A stretch of DNA of 64,000 nt from Ophelia neglecta (Eukaryota). Where the stretch lies: assembly GCA_965285935.1 (NCBI GenBank), contig OZ260662.1:89218001-89282000 (forward strand), in the 5' to 3' direction. Shown here piece by piece: positions 50,971 through 64,000 of the stretch; the first letter of the stretch is position 1; the number at the start of each line of letters is the position of its first letter. A program made the position numbers and the translations under genes. Under the pieces are notes generated by a model that was not told the origin of the DNA, did no database searches, and saw nothing but the letters and a program-made list of their open reading frames with translations.

Positions 50971-53900
50971 GTTTAAACATATTTTATTATCGGGATCGAC
51001 CAAGTAGCGCGGGGCTAATCTAGTGGCTTCTCCCTACTTTTTTCAATACATTTTTGAGTAAATTAACATATGGACATAACATAGATAAACAGATAGATAA
51101 AGAGATTGATAAACACGTGCTACACACATTAATCATAAATGAGTATAAACTTCAACTTAGATAAATATAACACTCAACATAAGACTTAAAACATTTAGGT
51201 GAAGGCGAATAAATTACATCAACATATATACATGTTATTATGAACTAAATGAATAAATACGTGGTGAAAAAATGAATAAAATAATAATAATAATTAATAT
51301 TATCGGGTTGTGTCCCGCCATTTCGATATGCAGACACTAAAAACGCCCGGTGCTGCCTATATAAGACTCCAGAACATAGATTAAATTTGAGTTTAAGGTT
51401 TCATCGTTGATACCAAATAGTAAAGGGACGACCGAGGCGTATATATCATTTGTGTGAAGGAAGTCCAGCATAGCACCCTGGAGACCGCGAAGCAGTTGCA
51501 GTGAAAAAAGTAGTGACAGGGTGTCTCATAATCCTCGCCACAATGACCCAGTGGACTAATAATGCAGTGATTGTTAAACAGATGACAATTTAAAGCGCTG
51601 CATCCCAGTCTCATTTGGTGCAAACATATATTGATGGGTCGTGAGCCCAGACGGAAATAACCAGAAGGTGAGGGATGAGCAGGATTTGTTTTAAGTTTAA
51701 AAACGTTAAGAGAAACAAGAGATTGTAATTCCACAGGAAAATTATTCCAAATTGAAATTGTATGAGGGAAAAAGGAGCGTTTAAAATACTCTGTTAGCAC
51801 CTTAAACTGGGTAATTTTCATAGTGGTGGAAGAACGTGTGTGGTGACCATAATTAATTTTGGCTGGCAATAGAGAAATCAGATATTGGGGTGCTCTGTGG
51901 TAGTAAATATTATGTAGCTTTATTACTTTGGAGTGAGCACGGCGTTCGGCGAGCGAAATCCAACCCACCTCAGATAGCAATACCTGGTGAGAGGTACCAC
52001 GACGGGCACCGGAAACAAGTCTTGCCGCAGATAGATTTAAAGACTCCAGGTCGTTACATATTGTTGTTTGGGGTTTTTGCGTGGCTTTCGACACGGATCG
52101 GTCATATCGCCACTGCGCCTACTTGTGACAGTGGGCTCAATACCCTCTTTAGAGTGCTGCCTCACTGGAGTACCTGCCGTAGACACCAGACAGGGAACTC
52201 CACCCAGTCACATTATACTGACACCGGGTTGACCAGTCCTGATACTACCCCCGAGATACCGGGCGCCTGGCAGGGGAGCTTTCAGTACCTATTTTTACGT
52301 CTTAGGTTTGACGCGATCTAGGTTCGAACCCCGATCTCCCACTTGCGAGGCGGACGCCCTAACCACTCGGCCACGCTTTGGTGGTCCAGGTCGTTACATA
52401 AGTAGTTCTCACAATTGTCAAAAACAATATTTGCATACTCAAGAACAGGCCTGACATAGGATCTGTATGCACATTCTAAACCGCTACGAGAACACTTGTA
52501 TTTTAGGAGACGAAGTAGATTTAGGCGTATGGCAGCTTTTTTTAATACAACCAGCGATATGATCATGCCATGTGGCTCCACTATTCAAGGTGACCCCTAA
52601 GAATACTGCAGTGTCTGATAGTTTAATACTCGAATTGTTTAGAAACAATGGAATATCAGCCGGCGTGGAAGGCTTTTTGCTAATGAGGAGACATTTGGTT
52701 TTGTCAACATTAAGTCCAACGTGCCAGGTTGTGCCCCATTCAGTAATTAGACCGAGGTCATGATTGAGAAGGTCACATGCCCTTGCCATGTTACCCCTTA
52801 CGACCCTGGAAAACAGCGATGTATCGTCAGCAAATAAATTCACGTCGCACCGAGTGTTCTCAACTATGTCGTTGATGTAGATTAGAAATAGTAAGGGGCC
52901 CAGAACTGAACCCTGAGGCACGCCAGCCGAAACAGCCCTCCACTTGGAGGCACCTCCAGGAAGCACCACTCGCTGCTGGCGCCCCTGAAGGTAACTAGAC
53001 AACCAAACATATGTAGTCCCACGAATTCCCAACATTTTAAGTTTATACAGTAGCCCAGCGTGCCAAACGCGATCGAAGGCTTTTAAAAAAATCCAAAAAA
53101 GTAGCAAGCATTTCATCTCCGCTGTCCAGAGTCGAGTTAATATTATGGCAGATGTGCAGCAGTTTATTAATGGTAGAGTCACCTGGAATAAAACCAGACT
53201 GCCTGCCAGTAAGCAAGTTGTTGGTTTTTAGATAGTTAAAATGTGATTAAACATACACCGTTCGAATACTTTGGACATACAAGGCAATAATGAAATGGGC
53301 CTGTAATTATTGCAAACCAATTTATGACCTTTTTTAAACAGAGGTATGGCATTAGCTTTCTTCCAAATATGAGGAAAAGAACCTTGCTTTATGGACATAT
53401 TAAATAACTCACACAGAGGCTTGGCAAGAGCCAGAGCACTATCCTTTAATACCTTAGTGCCTATTTGGTCAGGTCCAGTGGCCTTAGATGTGTCTAGGTG
53501 TGAAAGTATATTATAAACCTCAAAGTCTGTAACAATTTTGTCCGTGATGCAGAAAGGAACTGGTAGTATAGTGTTAGGGGGGTCAGCAATGACCGAGGGA
53601 AGTGTGGACTGAGATATGAAGAAATCATTAAATATGTCCGCCTTAAGAGTAGGGTCAGTTATTAAGAGGTTGCAATCATCTCCGATGACCTGCCTAATGG
53701 CACCGTAAATTTTACGGGAAGGATTGGTACAAGACAAGATGGTATCAGTTTTGGCATCATGCTTTTGCTTGGCCTCACGAACCATGTAAACCACTGTATT
53801 TTGGGCACGCTTGTATACAGCGTCTATTTGAGGGGGTCGATTTTTAATTTTATGTAAGCGATCTCTGACTCGCATGGCCCGTCTTATCTCAGAAGTCATC

Positions 53901-54981
53901 CACGGTTTGTCTCTTGGACGTATCGTTGCTTCATAATGGGGGATGCAATATTCTGCAATGTTTAGGATGGTTTGAGACATATTCTCCCAAGCGTCATTGA
54001 TATCAGGAAGAGACAGGATAATGTCCCATGGTGCGTTGTGCAGTAAATCGCGAAGCTTATCAAAATCCGCTTTATTGTAATTCCTCACTTCACGTATAAA
54101 ACAGGGCACTCTAACCTGCCGTGACAGAAGGCTAGCAAAAATATGGTTTATGGTCACAATTGTGAACTATTTCTGGCGACGTACCACACTCTTTAACTAT
54201 ATATGAGGTATTTGTAAATATGTGATCAATACAGGCACCTTTTTGATCATTACCGTGCCTAGTGACGTCAGTAATTAATTGGACGAAACCCATAGAATCA
54301 AAGGCAGATTTAAAAAGTCTGCCATCGGTGCTACTACTGTCAGTAGAACACCAGCGAGAATTCTTGGCGTTGGAGTCACCAATAAAAAATACTGAATGAA
54401 ATGTCGGTGCTGCCAGCTCAGAAATATTCCGGAGCTCTTCCAAGAAGCTATTAGTAGGAAGGTGGTTTGTAGTAAAACATAATACAATTTTTAATGAGCG
54501 GGCGGTTGTGGAAACACATACCTTTTCAATGGACTGCGATTCAAGCTCTGGTAGACGAGTACCGTTAAAGGAATCGGACAGGTATACAGCAATGCCACCT
54601 CCATGCCTGTCTCTGTCCCTACGAATAGGAGATCTAAACCCGGGGAGAGAAACAGCGGAATCACTGACAGAATGGCCTAGCCAAGTTTCTGACAAGGCAA
54701 TTACAATGTACATCAAATGAGGAGTTAGAAGACATGGCCTGCAGAAATGTTAGTTTTGAATGCTGAATGATGGTTCCGTCAATAAACGCTGGACTAGTAA
54801 GACTACGAATATGTAAATAGCAAAAGGAGAGGTTTGCAAGAATGTTTGGAGGGCCTGGGTAACTTTCAACATCATTGCACATTAGCAGGATAAATGATGC
54901 TAAGAGTAAAGCAAAGATTATATTCAAGTATTTATAGTTCTGGCGTAAAACCGTCACCATATGTTGTGTAAAGAAACTATT
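50971..54981 (-). mobile_element. 5'-truncated, decayed CR1-group LINE
   Basis: APE (ALSETWL, GGGIA, IDHIF), RT (YRPISLL, KAFDRVWH, GVPQGSVLGP, FADD) and C-terminal Cys/His region. 3' end aataaaatatgtttaaac. 14-bp TSD tgaRgtcgctcttg (50957-50970, 54982-54995). Empty site at 3812-3825 in paralog A. Confidence 0.93.
52061..52384 (-). mobile_element. tRNA-derived SINE nested in the CR1-group LINE
   Basis: A box TGGCCGAGTGG, B box GGTTCGAACC, anticodon-like loop CT-CGC-AA, tail ..aaaccccaaacaacaa and a perfect 16-bp TSD tccaggtcgttacata (52045-52060, 52385-52400). Core resembles Meta-type SINEs, from recall. Confidence 0.9.
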
Positions 54982-54995
54982 TGAGGTCGCTCTTG

Positions 54996-55909
54996 AGATA
55001 TAATCCCACGAATGACGAAGATACAAACGCACGTGTCTTAACCTAAGTTGTAACAGTCATTATTTTGACAAGTGCAGAAAAATTCATGGGAGCAAGTTCC
55101 TGAAGGAGAATATTCGTCAGAACATACGGGCCAATATAATGTTGGTGTAGGAAATGCTTGCAATACCCATAGTTTACTTATAGTAATTCCTTGGGTTTTT
55201 TATTACTGTTATCACAAAGAACATAAAAGCATGTCGCTGGTAACTTACGTTGCACATCATATCTTAGAGTAGTAGTATAAATTCATTCTAATAATGTTAT
55301 AAATTGACTAGTTCGAAAATGATGGAGGGGTAGCGATTTCAGTCTTCTTTTATCGTTATTCAAAAAATAATTGTAAACTTCTTTTTTCTGTTTCTTATTT
55401 CTATTTACTTGTCTGGCAAACGGATCAAAGTCAACAAATAATTATGATACCAAATATCGGGTCTCAAAACCAATTTTCCCGTTGACTGTAGAATGGACAT
55501 TTCGCATCATTTAGGCGGGTAAATGTTAAATCGATATATGCATTCCCTTAGTATTTCACCCGTAATATTTCTTACGTCAATATACAGGATAAAATAATAT
55601 AATACCACACACAACCTTTCTTTAACTTACGTAGTGATTATCTAATTCAGCCCCTTGTTTTATGGCGGATCTTGTAAAAAGTAGAGAATCATAAAGACTT
55701 GCTTACGAACCTTACCATTACAAAACTATCAATTTGCCGAATTTCTTACAAATCCTTTGGGAATTTTACGAATGCTTGAGAATGCTCTCGCAAATCTTGC
55801 GAATGCCTGTAAACGCCTTACGAATGAAACAACTAAATGGCGAATTGCACATAAACCTCCGTTATAGTTTTGCTTGTCACTTGTTTGCCAGCCGCCGCCG
55901 AGTCAACAT
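54996..55909 (+). repeat. Downstream flank of paralog B, homologous to 3826-4783 of paralog A
   Basis: Collinear match that ends at ccgccgagtcaacat. Confidence 0.85.
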
Positions 55910-56127
55910 GGTAAGAAGGTTAATAAGTTATGACGCTGATTACGCAAACCATTCACTACATGATAAGATACTCAGATCAAATAACACCCATAGATGTCTT
56001 TGTATTGTCATGTTCAAGGAATTAAAACTGGCACAATTAAAGTACAGCACTTAAATATATTACATTTTGTTGCCAGAGGTGTAAACATTATAAATTGAAA
56101 ACGAACTTCCAAAGAATGAAATAACAC

Positions 56128-56385
56128 TTAGGCTTAACAGGGGTGGCTTATGTGTATAAAATAGGTACTTCCATGAACAATAAAGCATGTGAAGAAAGAC
56201 CATCCAAGGGACTGTCCAATACAATATTATATTTTGGAGACCGGTAAAGTTACCTTGAATGTATGAAGGATATGCACAGTTAGTTCAGTAGTTGGAATCG
56301 AGAGGTGGTATGAGACAGAGGTTGTTTTTGAGGCAGGTTTCACTGTAAATGATTTGTACTTAAGGCTAAACAGGGGTGGCTGAAA
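56128..56385. mobile_element. Fragment of a Tc1/mariner-pogo type MITE
   Basis: TIR-like end gaggttgtttttgaggcaggtttcactg|ta (56317-56347) and a repeated ctta.g..taacaggggtggct motif. The other end was not found. Confidence 0.4.
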
Positions 56386-58377
56386 AGTACAATATAGAGG
56401 ACTTGTCAATATAGGGAATTAGGCACTGTAATTTACATGTACTTTGGAGAATACCAATTTATACATCTTTGTGAATAAATTGTTAATTATTGTCTTAGGC
56501 ATAATTGAGTGTCTTAGGTCAAAATAAAGAATAACATAACACGGCATTTATATCCAGCACAATGGTATTTTAAGAACAAGAAGCACAAATGAAGTAAATG
56601 GATGTTTTAGTTTTCATTTATCCTTCATTATATACTGTAGGTTATGCTAGTCAACTCTGTTCTGATTTTAGAATAATCCCTATAACATATATTTCAGCTA
56701 GACCACAAAGCCATTTTTGCACCAACGAGAAAGGCTGTTGAACGAGTAAGGAGGTATAGAATGCATACACTTTTTGAATGACTTTATGTTAAAAGACATT
56801 TTTTCAAGTCGTGCTATCAATTGTACTCGCTTTTATTTGTAACCTCTTGATTTCATTTGGAATTTTGACAATTATTCCAAATAGTGTATGATGATCATGC
56901 TTATTTTAATCGATAATTAGTATTAGAAATCCGAGTGTGATTTCGTTGGCATAGCATGAAGAGGTGAAAGAAGACTCATTTGTCTTATAAAACAGGCATT
57001 AACAATGGTGATTAGTTTGTCTAAAAAGAATGTGGCGAGAAACCTATAAGCAATATTGCATTGTTTGCTTGTAGTTCCTTGGTATTGATATGGATTAATT
57101 TAAATGTTCCAAAGCCATTGCATTAGCCCAAACAATTGTACTGTAAGTGACTTATTACATTCTGTTAAATTTCATTAAAAGCTGTTTCGTTACATATAGT
57201 TAGCTTTTCCTTTGTTACTTTGTAAATACATGCAATAAAAGAGGTATTGCGGTAATTTTTATTCCACAGTTGGTTCTTCATGTTTTGCAACAGGATAAGG
57301 AATACGGAATCTTTGTGCAAGATCAGTCATCAGGACAGTTAACACCTAAAATGATATATACATCTGCCGACCTTATCTCATTTCACAAATTCATCCGTAC
57401 TGGTTTAAGCGTGTCTACCTTGTTCCCTGAAACATTTGGATTGCATTTTACAGAGCTTCCTATTCATATAATTTATTTCATTTTTTATGATGTAGTGGCC
57501 ATTTTATTTGTGTATGCTAAAAACAAATCTAGTCAGACTTTTTTCTAGAGGACGATTTCCAGTGCCGATTGGACACAGTATGACCCAGTGCATGCAATAT
57601 CTAATTATCAACTTTACGGTTGATTTAAACAAAGCCAAAGTTTTAAATGATCAAGGCAAAAGACAGGCCATGTTTTTTATCTTTAATAATATTGTGATAT
57701 TTTCAGTGGACCTTTAGTCTACAGTCTGTGCGAAAGAAGAGGCTTATCTCTGCTTAATTTGCATGCTGGGTCATTTAGACCATTTGAATTTATTCAAACC
57801 GAAGTTTTGTGGGCAAAACCCATATAGTCATACAATAGAGAAAGTACGTGTGGATGTAAACTGGAAAAGCTAAGTGTGACAATCTGCTTTCGCATGATTG
57901 ATAAGTAAGTAAGTCGTTTATTTGGCATTATATATATATATATATGAAATACATTATACTCAATGAAAAATAATCTTAGTGAGATAATACAAGGACGCCA
58001 ATAATGGCCATTAGACTTGTAAGCATTGGCCGCCCTCAAACGAATAGAAAAAATAGTAATAACAAGGAAAAAAAGGATAAGTGCAAAGATTATTACAGAA
58101 GAAAACAAGGGTCAAAGCAGACAAAGACAAAGGCAATAATCAGCGCAGGTACCGGTGTTATTTTTATACAGATAGATACACGCAATTTGGGTTTACATAG
58201 CCGTGACTAAGACGATATGTGATGATTACTAGAGTAACAATTTGGGATGGTGCAATTTTCAGTATACAGAATTAGCATTCTTTCTTATAGTTCTTTTTAG
58301 ATACAACTAAAATCTTGAATACCTCATGATTGTACCGAACAAAATTGTAAAGTTTGAAGGCGATGCTTTGTATCATT

Positions 58378-58489
58378 GGGAAAAGTGTCCAAGAGAAAGC
58401 CGCCTGTAACTGCAGTCATAAGAGCAATACTAATACTTATAACATCAACAGCTGTTATAGTGGCATTAATATTTTGAATGGAAATCAAG
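58378..58489 (+). pseudogene. Dead transmembrane exon of a third paralog (C)
   Basis: GKVSKRKPPVTAVIRAILILITSTAVIVALIF* matches the exon at 15017-15131. TTA>TGA at 58475, 1-nt deletion and no ATG. The intron start (cattctacgcgctattat) is also conserved. Confidence 0.85.
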
Positions 58490-59838
58490 GTACATCCCAT
58501 TCTACGCGCTATTATAATATTTATATGCACACATATGCACACATGTTATTGATATCTCGACCCAACGATCAGGCTGATTATAAAATTAGTTCGTTTTCGC
58601 GGTTGTATATGCCAGTATCTGTCAGTTTTCGCTTGTTTTACCGAGGAAAATAAAGAGGATACTAGTAGTAAAAAACCAGTAAATTCATTATTCCCCTGGG
58701 GCGGGTTTATTGAGAAACCTGCACCAGCTGGAAGCGTTGTCTTGTGAGCCTGGTACACGATGTTTCAGTGCTGCGGCTGCCTGTATGCCTTTACTGTACT
58801 TTACCTCTTACGGGGATTATGAATAGCTGCGCGTCTGCCTGGGCTAAAAGGAGTGTACAATGACCGTTTTATAAGTCAAAGAAACGAAGCCAGTTTAATT
58901 GTGACGATTGGAGATGAGCTAGGGGTTAAAAAACTAGGATGTAGGAATTTAAAATAATCGAGAATTTAAAAACAGGATTGGTAGTGGGGCGAATTAAGTG
59001 TGATTCAGTTGGCACACTGCCGTTTGCACAATGTGGGGTAGGCAGCAAGACATGACAACTTCCTGTGGGAGGTATTTCCAGAGATTCAGTGTGTCGGCAT
59101 AGAATGAAAATATATAATAGTTTGCTCACAAGACGAATTATTCTCGCCATTGGGGGGTGGGGGGGGGGGTTCCAAAACGCCTTCCAGAAGCATTTTTATA
59201 ACTCCTAGTTTTACATTGCCACCGTATGAAGAAAATACGCTGTATATTTTTTACATTTGAAACTTTTTAGATTTGAAAATTTGTATGACTAATTTTATTT
59301 GTCTTTACATAAGTAATTATGACCGATATATTCGGGAGAATAAATGTGATCATACATTTATTTTTTGTCATTGGTCTTTTTCTAATATATAATGAAGAAT
59401 TCAGAATTTAAATGTTCGTAATAAATGTATATCAAGTTTATTTCAAACAGTTCACTCAATAATATCCATGTATTCTAATCCAATGATAATTGACTCAAGT
59501 ATTCTAATCGTTAGCCTTACTGTACTATGGCCTATTCCATTACTTTAAATAATCGATGCATGCGATACACTGCAATAGCAATTTATAAGAGTATTTACAA
59601 AACAAATTCATTTAAATTCAATTTCAATTTGTTCATTGACACATATTTTGATATGATAATAAACATAAAGGATAAAAATCAAATCGAAAAGCAATCTTAT
59701 TATTTATCGAAATGCCAGAATGTGTACTTTGGTATGTACTCTCAAAACTATATTCCAAGGAAAGCATTATAAAATTGCAAACACGACCACAAGTCTCTCG
59801 ATCCTTTGCATTTACGTTTTTCAATTTCTAAGGAAACA

Positions 59839-60300
59839 TCATACTCCAAATCTGTCCGGTCCGTTAAGCTTTTGCAAGCCTAATTCGATCAGCCTTGCGC
59901 CTTTGTATCTACAGCTGGACCTTGCACTTGCTATGACTCGCTTCATATGATTCCATGTCGATAACTTGCTGAATAAATCTAGACTACCCCTTTGGTCATC
60001 CATGATAATTGTCGAACAAGTACCCTTAACCTCTACATCCTCTGGCGGATGATTCCATGTCATATCACACACTCTGACTGGGGTCTGCATAGGGAATCGG
60101 GGCCACTAAACCAGCATTTGTCTTCCAGTAACTTGTCAATGGTAAGTCCCCTAGAGGCCTTATGTGCTGGATTCCGCGCACTCTCGACATAACGCCACTG
60201 ATCAATCTGTGTCGCATCTTCTGCCACCCGACAAAGACATGAAATCATGTCATTTGCAAGGTATCTCAACACTGACATGCTGTCAGTCCAAAAGAATGTT
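59839..60300 (-). mobile_element. BEL/Pao LTR retrotransposon pol fragment
   Basis: QWRYVESARNPAHKASRGL...WFSGPDSL and FSKLSTWNHMKRVIA match the BEL/Pao RNase H C-terminal region. Confidence 0.8.
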
Positions 60301-62976
60301 TATGATATGTCCAAATCAGGCTCCCTGCCACCGTAGCCGCGCTTAACTGCATTATTAGAATAGTAGAAATTTCAGGACTGCAATGCGAGATCGACTGAGC
60401 AGGAATGAACAGTGTACCGGTTCTTTATCATCCTCTAAGCGACATAAGAGATAGGAGACATAAGAGATAAGAGACATAACCATATGCCTTGTTACTAACG
60501 GAAGCTGTAAATCTGACTGGACCGAAGGAGGCCGAGATTACCTGGCTTTAACTGTGTAACCAAGGTTTTGTCATCGGAGCCACAAGTTGCCCGGCGTCCA
60601 CTGGATCACTTTGATGTGAGGCTCTTCTTACGTGGAATATATTCATGATAACCTTCTCAAGAATTCTATATATGTAAAACAAATTAGAAAATCATTTGCC
60701 GTTTTTAAATAATGTTTTAAATAAAATAATCTTGTTTTGATATAAAGTATTTGGATGATATTTCCCGTCCTTCTCAGTAATTCAACAAGTGGCCAGTGCT
60801 TTTTGCTCATGGCTGACTTTTGGAGACATTTGTGTATACTGCAGCTACGGTTTATCCAAAAAGGTCATACTGTCATAAACTAAACCATCCTACTCATTAA
60901 TCAATACATTTTACAGATGTCGACACCTAGCTAAACAAACCCCATGTACATTTGACAGTGTTAGCCTACATATGTAACTTCTTGAACCGAAGCTCATGCT
61001 CATGTATATGTCAAAGTCATGCACCTGAAATAAAATGCTTACAATCAAGATACACTCAAAATCACATGCGAACGATAAATGTTACATTTCATTATAACCT
61101 CGAGAGATAATTGAGTACGGACGGATGAAGAAAACTTTAGACTGGAACTGCCTCACAAATTACCTGTAACGAAAAAGTCACCATTAAAGTAACTTATGCC
61201 AGCAGATGGCATTCTGTGCTTGCGCTACTAGTCTTATTTCTTCCACACTACTAACACTAATGTTGTTCATTCCTCTTGCAGGGTTTCCGTATTCCAGACT
61301 CTGCGTTTCATGTTGCCATTGAAAAAATGGAGGTCACCACGTTGCGTGCAATAAATATCATCAGACGGGTGTATCAATTATGTATGTCTAATAAACAGTT
61401 CTTAATGTCAAAGAGTGTTTCTTGTTATCATCAACTGTGTTTCTAGGATGGTTGCTTGTTTGGTAACCATGATGAGCATTTCTGGTGTACTCATTAGGGG
61501 ACCTCATCTGTTGATTAACATGTTTCTGTTATTCGGGAACTTTTCAATGCATCTTCAATAAGTAATTCTTCCGCTTGAAGCTGTAATTCCTTCTTTTTTT
61601 TTGTCTTTCACAGCCATGGATTTAACATTCAACTCTGTCATTCTTGGTGCAGCATGAAATCTAATGAAATTCGAGGTTCCTGATATTTGGCTCAACCCCG
61701 GGGCAAGATAAGACCGTTTGCTAACCTGATTTCACGGGCAATAAATCGAGATACTACTGTTTCTTGTACAGATGGTTGTACTTATGCTTCTCAGAATTAA
61801 ATGTCCCAGATGAATTAGAAAATGGGGTTTAGCGTCATCATGGAGTTAAACCCCATTTATCCAATCAATATAGGTGAAAAAGACGGAAACTATATACCTG
61901 TTTGAAGTTGTATTATAATTATTTTATTCCAATTCCTGAAGAGACCCTTTACTTATTGATTGAAAATAAATTCTAAAATGCTTTTTGCTCCGGTTGCACC
62001 TCAACCCATCGCTTACAATCACAGTGTATATACACAATGCACTTCCCCTCCTGATTGACAATATTCACGAACACAAATTTCGGTCGGGTCAGCATGTACC
62101 AAACTTTCCAGGACGACCTGTTAAGTCAACACTTGTGGAAGTTTATTTGATTTTGGCCACAAAACCTTGCATTGCGTGATTTGGTTAGACATATGTGTAC
62201 AATTGCCAGCTTGCCCAAAATTATTCGTAACAGAGGATCAGAAACGAATTAAGGTATGTGATGTTTGCTAGTGATTTGGTTTTGATGATGTGAGAATGTT
62301 TAAACATAATACAGGGCACCTAAACAGGTCTAATAGGTTTCGAAACTATCTATAACCAATATAATCTATAAGGTAGGAAATCCAAATGCTCGTTTTAACG
62401 ATATAAACTTTAGCTGGTGTTATATAATCGAGATATTTATAGTAAATCGGTTGCCACTCACTTCGTCGTATCTGCAAATCAAAATCAAATCAAATATATT
62501 TATTTAACCAATAAGCACATTTCAGCAAACATACATTTTAGTTGAATGAAAATAATAATGGTAAATATAACAAACTGATGTAAAGTAACTACAACACAAA
62601 AAACCTTGAAAATACTTCTTACAATATAAGACGATTACAAGTGTTATTAACAGCCTAATTACAACTAGCTGGACATATACAGATTGACACACATTACACA
62701 CATAAAATAACAATGATCTAAGGTTAATCCAAAAAATACACATAAAACAAGTGTTAATTAAAGCTGAGACATGCTCAAAACGGTTAGGATGACTCCCACT
62801 AAGGTTTAAAAAGAAAACCTCTAGCGTGAGAGCTACCTTAGAATATGTTTCGCAAAGTTATGTTTTATAAAAAAATATGGTAAAGGCAAAGATCAAAAAT
62901 GAAATATAGTTATTCAGTTAAATTAATGTTTTACCTATACAATGTGAGTGAGGGTGTACATTGTTTTTTATCAAAG

Positions 62977-63860
62977 TCAGTAAAGTTGCGCAAAGTAAAT
63001 CTCCAATAAGAGTATTTCTACGTATCCGTTCATTTTTGTTCCATATAAAATTATAACAGATTTTTCAATATTCTTTAAAGTGAATGTCTTTAAAATTGCC
63101 AAGCCATATCCCCTCTGTCTTAGCCAGATTAAGTTTTGTTCCAGCCAAGAATCGTCAGCATACTGACTGATCTTATATTCCTCTGTGTGTAATTTAAGTC
63201 CTGTGATTTGACTACTAGACCTAATATTGACAGCTAATACCTCGACGGCCATGATGAAGAGTAACGCACTTACAGGACAGCCTTGTCTAATCCCACAATT
63301 TAAGCTAATTTTTGTAGATAACCAACCATTATTTTGATAACCAAACCTGGTTTGTTATAAAGAATTTTAACCTAATTAATATAATAGGTTCCTAAGCTAA
63401 ATTTTTCTAGAACTTTGATCATAAATGGCCATTCAAGAGTGTCTAAGCCTAAAATAGCCCCTGATATGTTAAACTTTTCTGTAAAGTCAAAAATTTCTTG
63501 TACAAATTTGGCGTTACATCCAATATATCGACCTTTAATATATGCAGTTTGGTCTTCACTAATAATATCGGAAAGAACATTTTGTAGTCTGCCTGCCAAA
63601 ATAAAAGCTTATAATCATAATTTGAAAGGCTTATTGGCCTATAATTTTTTAACTTTTCTGGATCATCTTTTTTTGTATATTAAAGCAAGCACAGCATTCT
63701 TCAAGGAATCTGGAAGTTCTCCTAGAATATATGTCTCATTTAACATGTCTAAAAATGGATCAGCAATAACATCAAACATGGTTTTGTAAAATTCTGGAAT
63801 TATACCGCCGGAAAAAAGCAAAATGAAAATTCGGGAAGCAACAGTGAACCACATACTCTC
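62977..63860 (-). mobile_element. Decayed L1/Tx1-clade RT fragment
   Basis: YRPISL, IISEDQTAYIKGRYIG, GIRQGCPVSALLF, ISQYADD. Confidence 0.85.
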
Positions 63861-63977
63861 AGGAGCGGCTCACTCAAAACATCAGAGGCTGAGACTCATG
63901 GAGGTGAGATTTATAGGCCAATAAGCCTTTCAAATTATGATTATAAGCTTTTATTTTGGCAGGCAGACTACAAAATG
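63578..63977. repeat. 67-bp perfect inverted repeat (63578-63644 / 63911-63977)
   Basis: cattttgtagtctgcc...ggcctataa and its reverse complement. Confidence 0.9.
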
Positions 63978-64000
63978 GTGAAAATCAAGGAGACTCTGAA

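Noticed and set aside
52300-52384. tRNA gene
   Set aside because: It is the head of a SINE, with no proper acceptor stem and with a core, tail and TSD attached.

Overview
AT-rich, intron-containing animal genomic DNA. A lophotrochozoan source is plausible from the SINE type, but that is inference. The window holds a tandem array of a + strand gene for a type II membrane protein: signal-anchor, SEA domain (GSVIV), Ser/Thr mucin repeats, then two [EGF-EGF-8-Cys EGF-CBM14 chitin-binding] modules. Visible members are the 3' end of paralog A (233-3706), complete paralog B (14978-50851) and a dead first exon of paralog C (58378-58489). The main observation is inside paralog B. A two-ORF non-LTR retrotransposon has its (TA)n tail joined to a site 1.77 kb upstream of its 5' junction, so it is flanked by a kilobase-scale direct duplication carrying three phase-1 exons. 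The LINE+exons unit was then amplified to H-L-H-L-H-L-H (24372-49196). A related LINE at ~5870-10728 shows the same geometry. Other features are a 428-bp mucin-exon array, nested L2, CR1-group, SINE and MITE insertions, and decayed BEL/Pao and L1/Tx1 fragments. Exon models come from reading splice sites and frames by eye, with no transcript support.
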